Shown here piece after piece: positions 62,401 to 64,000 of a stretch of 64,000 bases of DNA. Each line of letters begins with the position of its first letter. Positions within the stretch are counted from its first letter, which is position 1. This stretch comes from Oopsacas minuta (Eukaryota; Animalia; Porifera): contig JAKMXF010000321.1 in NCBI GenBank assembly GCA_024704765.1, positions 992,001 through 1,056,000 of the forward strand, in the 5' to 3' direction. The translations under genes and the position numbers were made by a program. The notes beneath the pieces are model-generated. The model was not told the DNA's origin. It did no database searches and worked only from the letters and a program-made list of their open reading frames with translations.

Positions 62401-64000
62401 GAGACCATTGGAATATTCTAAATATTGGCTCTTGTACCATAATTCAGTAACAGATATCCATGGATTGAAATCCAAAATTTCTGAGCCCATAAACAAGAAG
62501 AAATTTGACAGTATTATTAGTTAAATAATTTTGGGTACTCAATCACTTGTTAGAACTCTATTCAGATTTACTACTAAACCTTTGATATTATTCATATCTT
62601 ATCTTATTAATTCAATTACCAGTATATTGTTTGAATTTTGTATTCGAAATTAGGATATATTCAATTGAAATTGAAATTTTGAAATACCACTCCCATACTT
62701 ATAATTAGAGCAGGACATCCCTGCAAGTAGCTATACATTTACTAAATCTATCACCCTCACATTTGTATTCATAAATACATGTTGACGTCACTGATAATTA
62801 ATCAATTATCAGTATTATTATAATTATCACTTTCATGACTTTAATCTTATGGGGAAAGGAATATATTCTCACCAATTTTGTGGAATGGGACGATTTATGA
62901 ATGATAGTAATTACTGGATCTACGCCATTGATTGTATACTAATTAATTCTGTTTGACATAATTCAGACAATTATTTTCGAATAATCGTTTTACTCTAATT
63001 TATAGTACATTAGAACCTCTATAAGTGGGGGAGGACTGGACGGCGAATTTAATTTAATTAAAATGTCCTTTAACCAACGAGATTTTTAGTCCAAATTTCT
63101 TGCCACTTTCTTCAACGACTGTTTTCAATGATATTTGATTATTATGCTATGCCCTATGTTTGTTGGTTGAATATATAAATTTGTAACAAATTTTCTTCTG
63201 AGAAACCTAAAGATTTCTATTTCTATTAATCATAGCAATAAATCTTTTTTGATTATTCAAGAAATATATCCTAGAATTCAATCCTTATGAGGTAAATGTC
63301 AATGGTTTGAGGCATAATAATCTCTAAAGTATGCCCAATCCCCACTTCCCTGCTATAGAGGTTCGTTTTTATTGAAATGAATGAAGGTGAACCAAATTAC
63401 TTCGCTTATATAGGTTCCCATATATGGAAACCCGCTTATAGCTATATAGAGGTTGCAGTGCATCGTAGTTCACGATAATATATAATTGTATTTACTTGTA
63501 TAGAATTTAATCCTATGATTTCTAATTGAAATTCTAACTCTTTATGCTCTGGGTTGGAATGCTAATAATTGTTTTATCACTCTAGGACATTCTCCCTTCA
63601 ATATGACAACCAGCAGCTTACCTTCTCACAAGGAGAGCTTCCTACCTCTCAGATCTGTAGAGACAACTACAGCTAGCTACATTCTATCAGAGACTCCTAC
63701 AGCTCCTATTGTATCTACTCCTGCAGTAAAAACTAGTTCATTACGTCACAAAAGTTTTCAACCATCCTCTACCCCTCTCACAAAGACAAATACAGACACA
63801 CCCCTCAATATACCACAACACCACTACTTCACACGTGCTAAGGCACCCTCCACTCCAAAGGTTGAGATACGGAATTCTCCTATCAATTTCCTGCACACAG
63901 TCCCTGTTGAGAAACAGACTAAACCCCCTAAAGTCACTTTATTCAACAAGAGCGGTAGTTTGAGACGGAGTCAGCGCTTAAAGGATCGCTCTTCAAACTA
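56463..64000 (+). CDS. AHCTF1: Nucleoporin ELYS, 3'-partial (>1599 aa)
   Basis: Exons 56463-56701, 56757-57105, 57296-59257, 60013-61846, 63586->64000, with consistent phases. Diagnostic QEPEDDPRDFVYLW (ELYS QEPENDPRNCCYLW), LAIGYNFG, YPP..L..LL, FWLID, TPSSILK, and an S/T/P-rich basic tail with RRSQRL. The exact start codon is uncertain. Confidence 0.9.
62033..62723 (+). mobile_element. 691-bp internally deleted hAT element in ELYS intron 4
   Basis: TIR CAGTGGTGTCCTGCT / CAGGGATGTCCTGCT; perfect TSD CAAGTAGC (62025-62032, 62724-62731). The interior encodes IPCNSSECE...KRTRLTIEHVSSLLFI*LNGPPL, a hAT C-terminal dimerisation domain. Confidence 0.9.
63008..63460. mobile_element. MITE in ELYS intron 4 (family also seen near 46900-47000 and 54890-55000)
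   Basis: CATTAGAACCTCTATA versus reverse-complemented end CACTGCAACCTCTATA; recurring CTTATAGAGGTT-like subrepeats. Confidence 0.55.

Noticed and set aside
1-64000. A functional actomyosin module linking the ankyrin-myosin and the divergent actin
   Set aside because: They are about 41 kb apart with unrelated genes between them; proximity alone gives no evidence of co-function in an animal genome.
1-64000. CRISPR arrays, rRNA, tRNA, prokaryotic operons
   Set aside because: None seen; the sequence is spliceosomal-intron eukaryotic DNA. Small ncRNAs cannot be excluded without a covariance-model search.

Overview
AT-rich eukaryotic (metazoan) genomic DNA with GT-AG introns and one 927-N assembly gap (16822-17748). 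The compact, intron-poor housekeeping genes suggest an early-branching animal, plausibly a sponge; this is an inference I cannot verify. Host genes found by reading both strands and rebuilding splice junctions by hand: (1) an intronless ankyrin-repeat myosin (class XVI-like, >2074 aa, minus strand, runs off the left edge and is absent from the ORF track); (2) HAUS1; (3) a 6-exon EXTL3; (4) a Q50 paired-like homeobox gene with long introns and about 13 kb of gene-free upstream DNA; (5) a strongly divergent intronless actin with a remodelled nucleotide pocket; (6) a short MARF1/Limkain-b1-like NYN+RRM ribonuclease with no LOTUS array, probably preceded by a zinc-finger exon under an inverted pair of E2F-type sites; (7) ELYS/AHCTF1, running off the right edge. 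The rest is decayed transposon DNA: MULE, a Gypsy/hAT chimera, Tc1/mariner and pogo-like MITEs, hAT derivatives with 8-bp target-site duplications (TSDs), and a near-perfect 792-bp foldback element. No rRNA, tRNA or CRISPR array was seen. The best candidates for undescribed biology are the predicted ZnF-NYN-RRM protein, the divergent actin, the long-tailed ankyrin-myosin and the foldback element.
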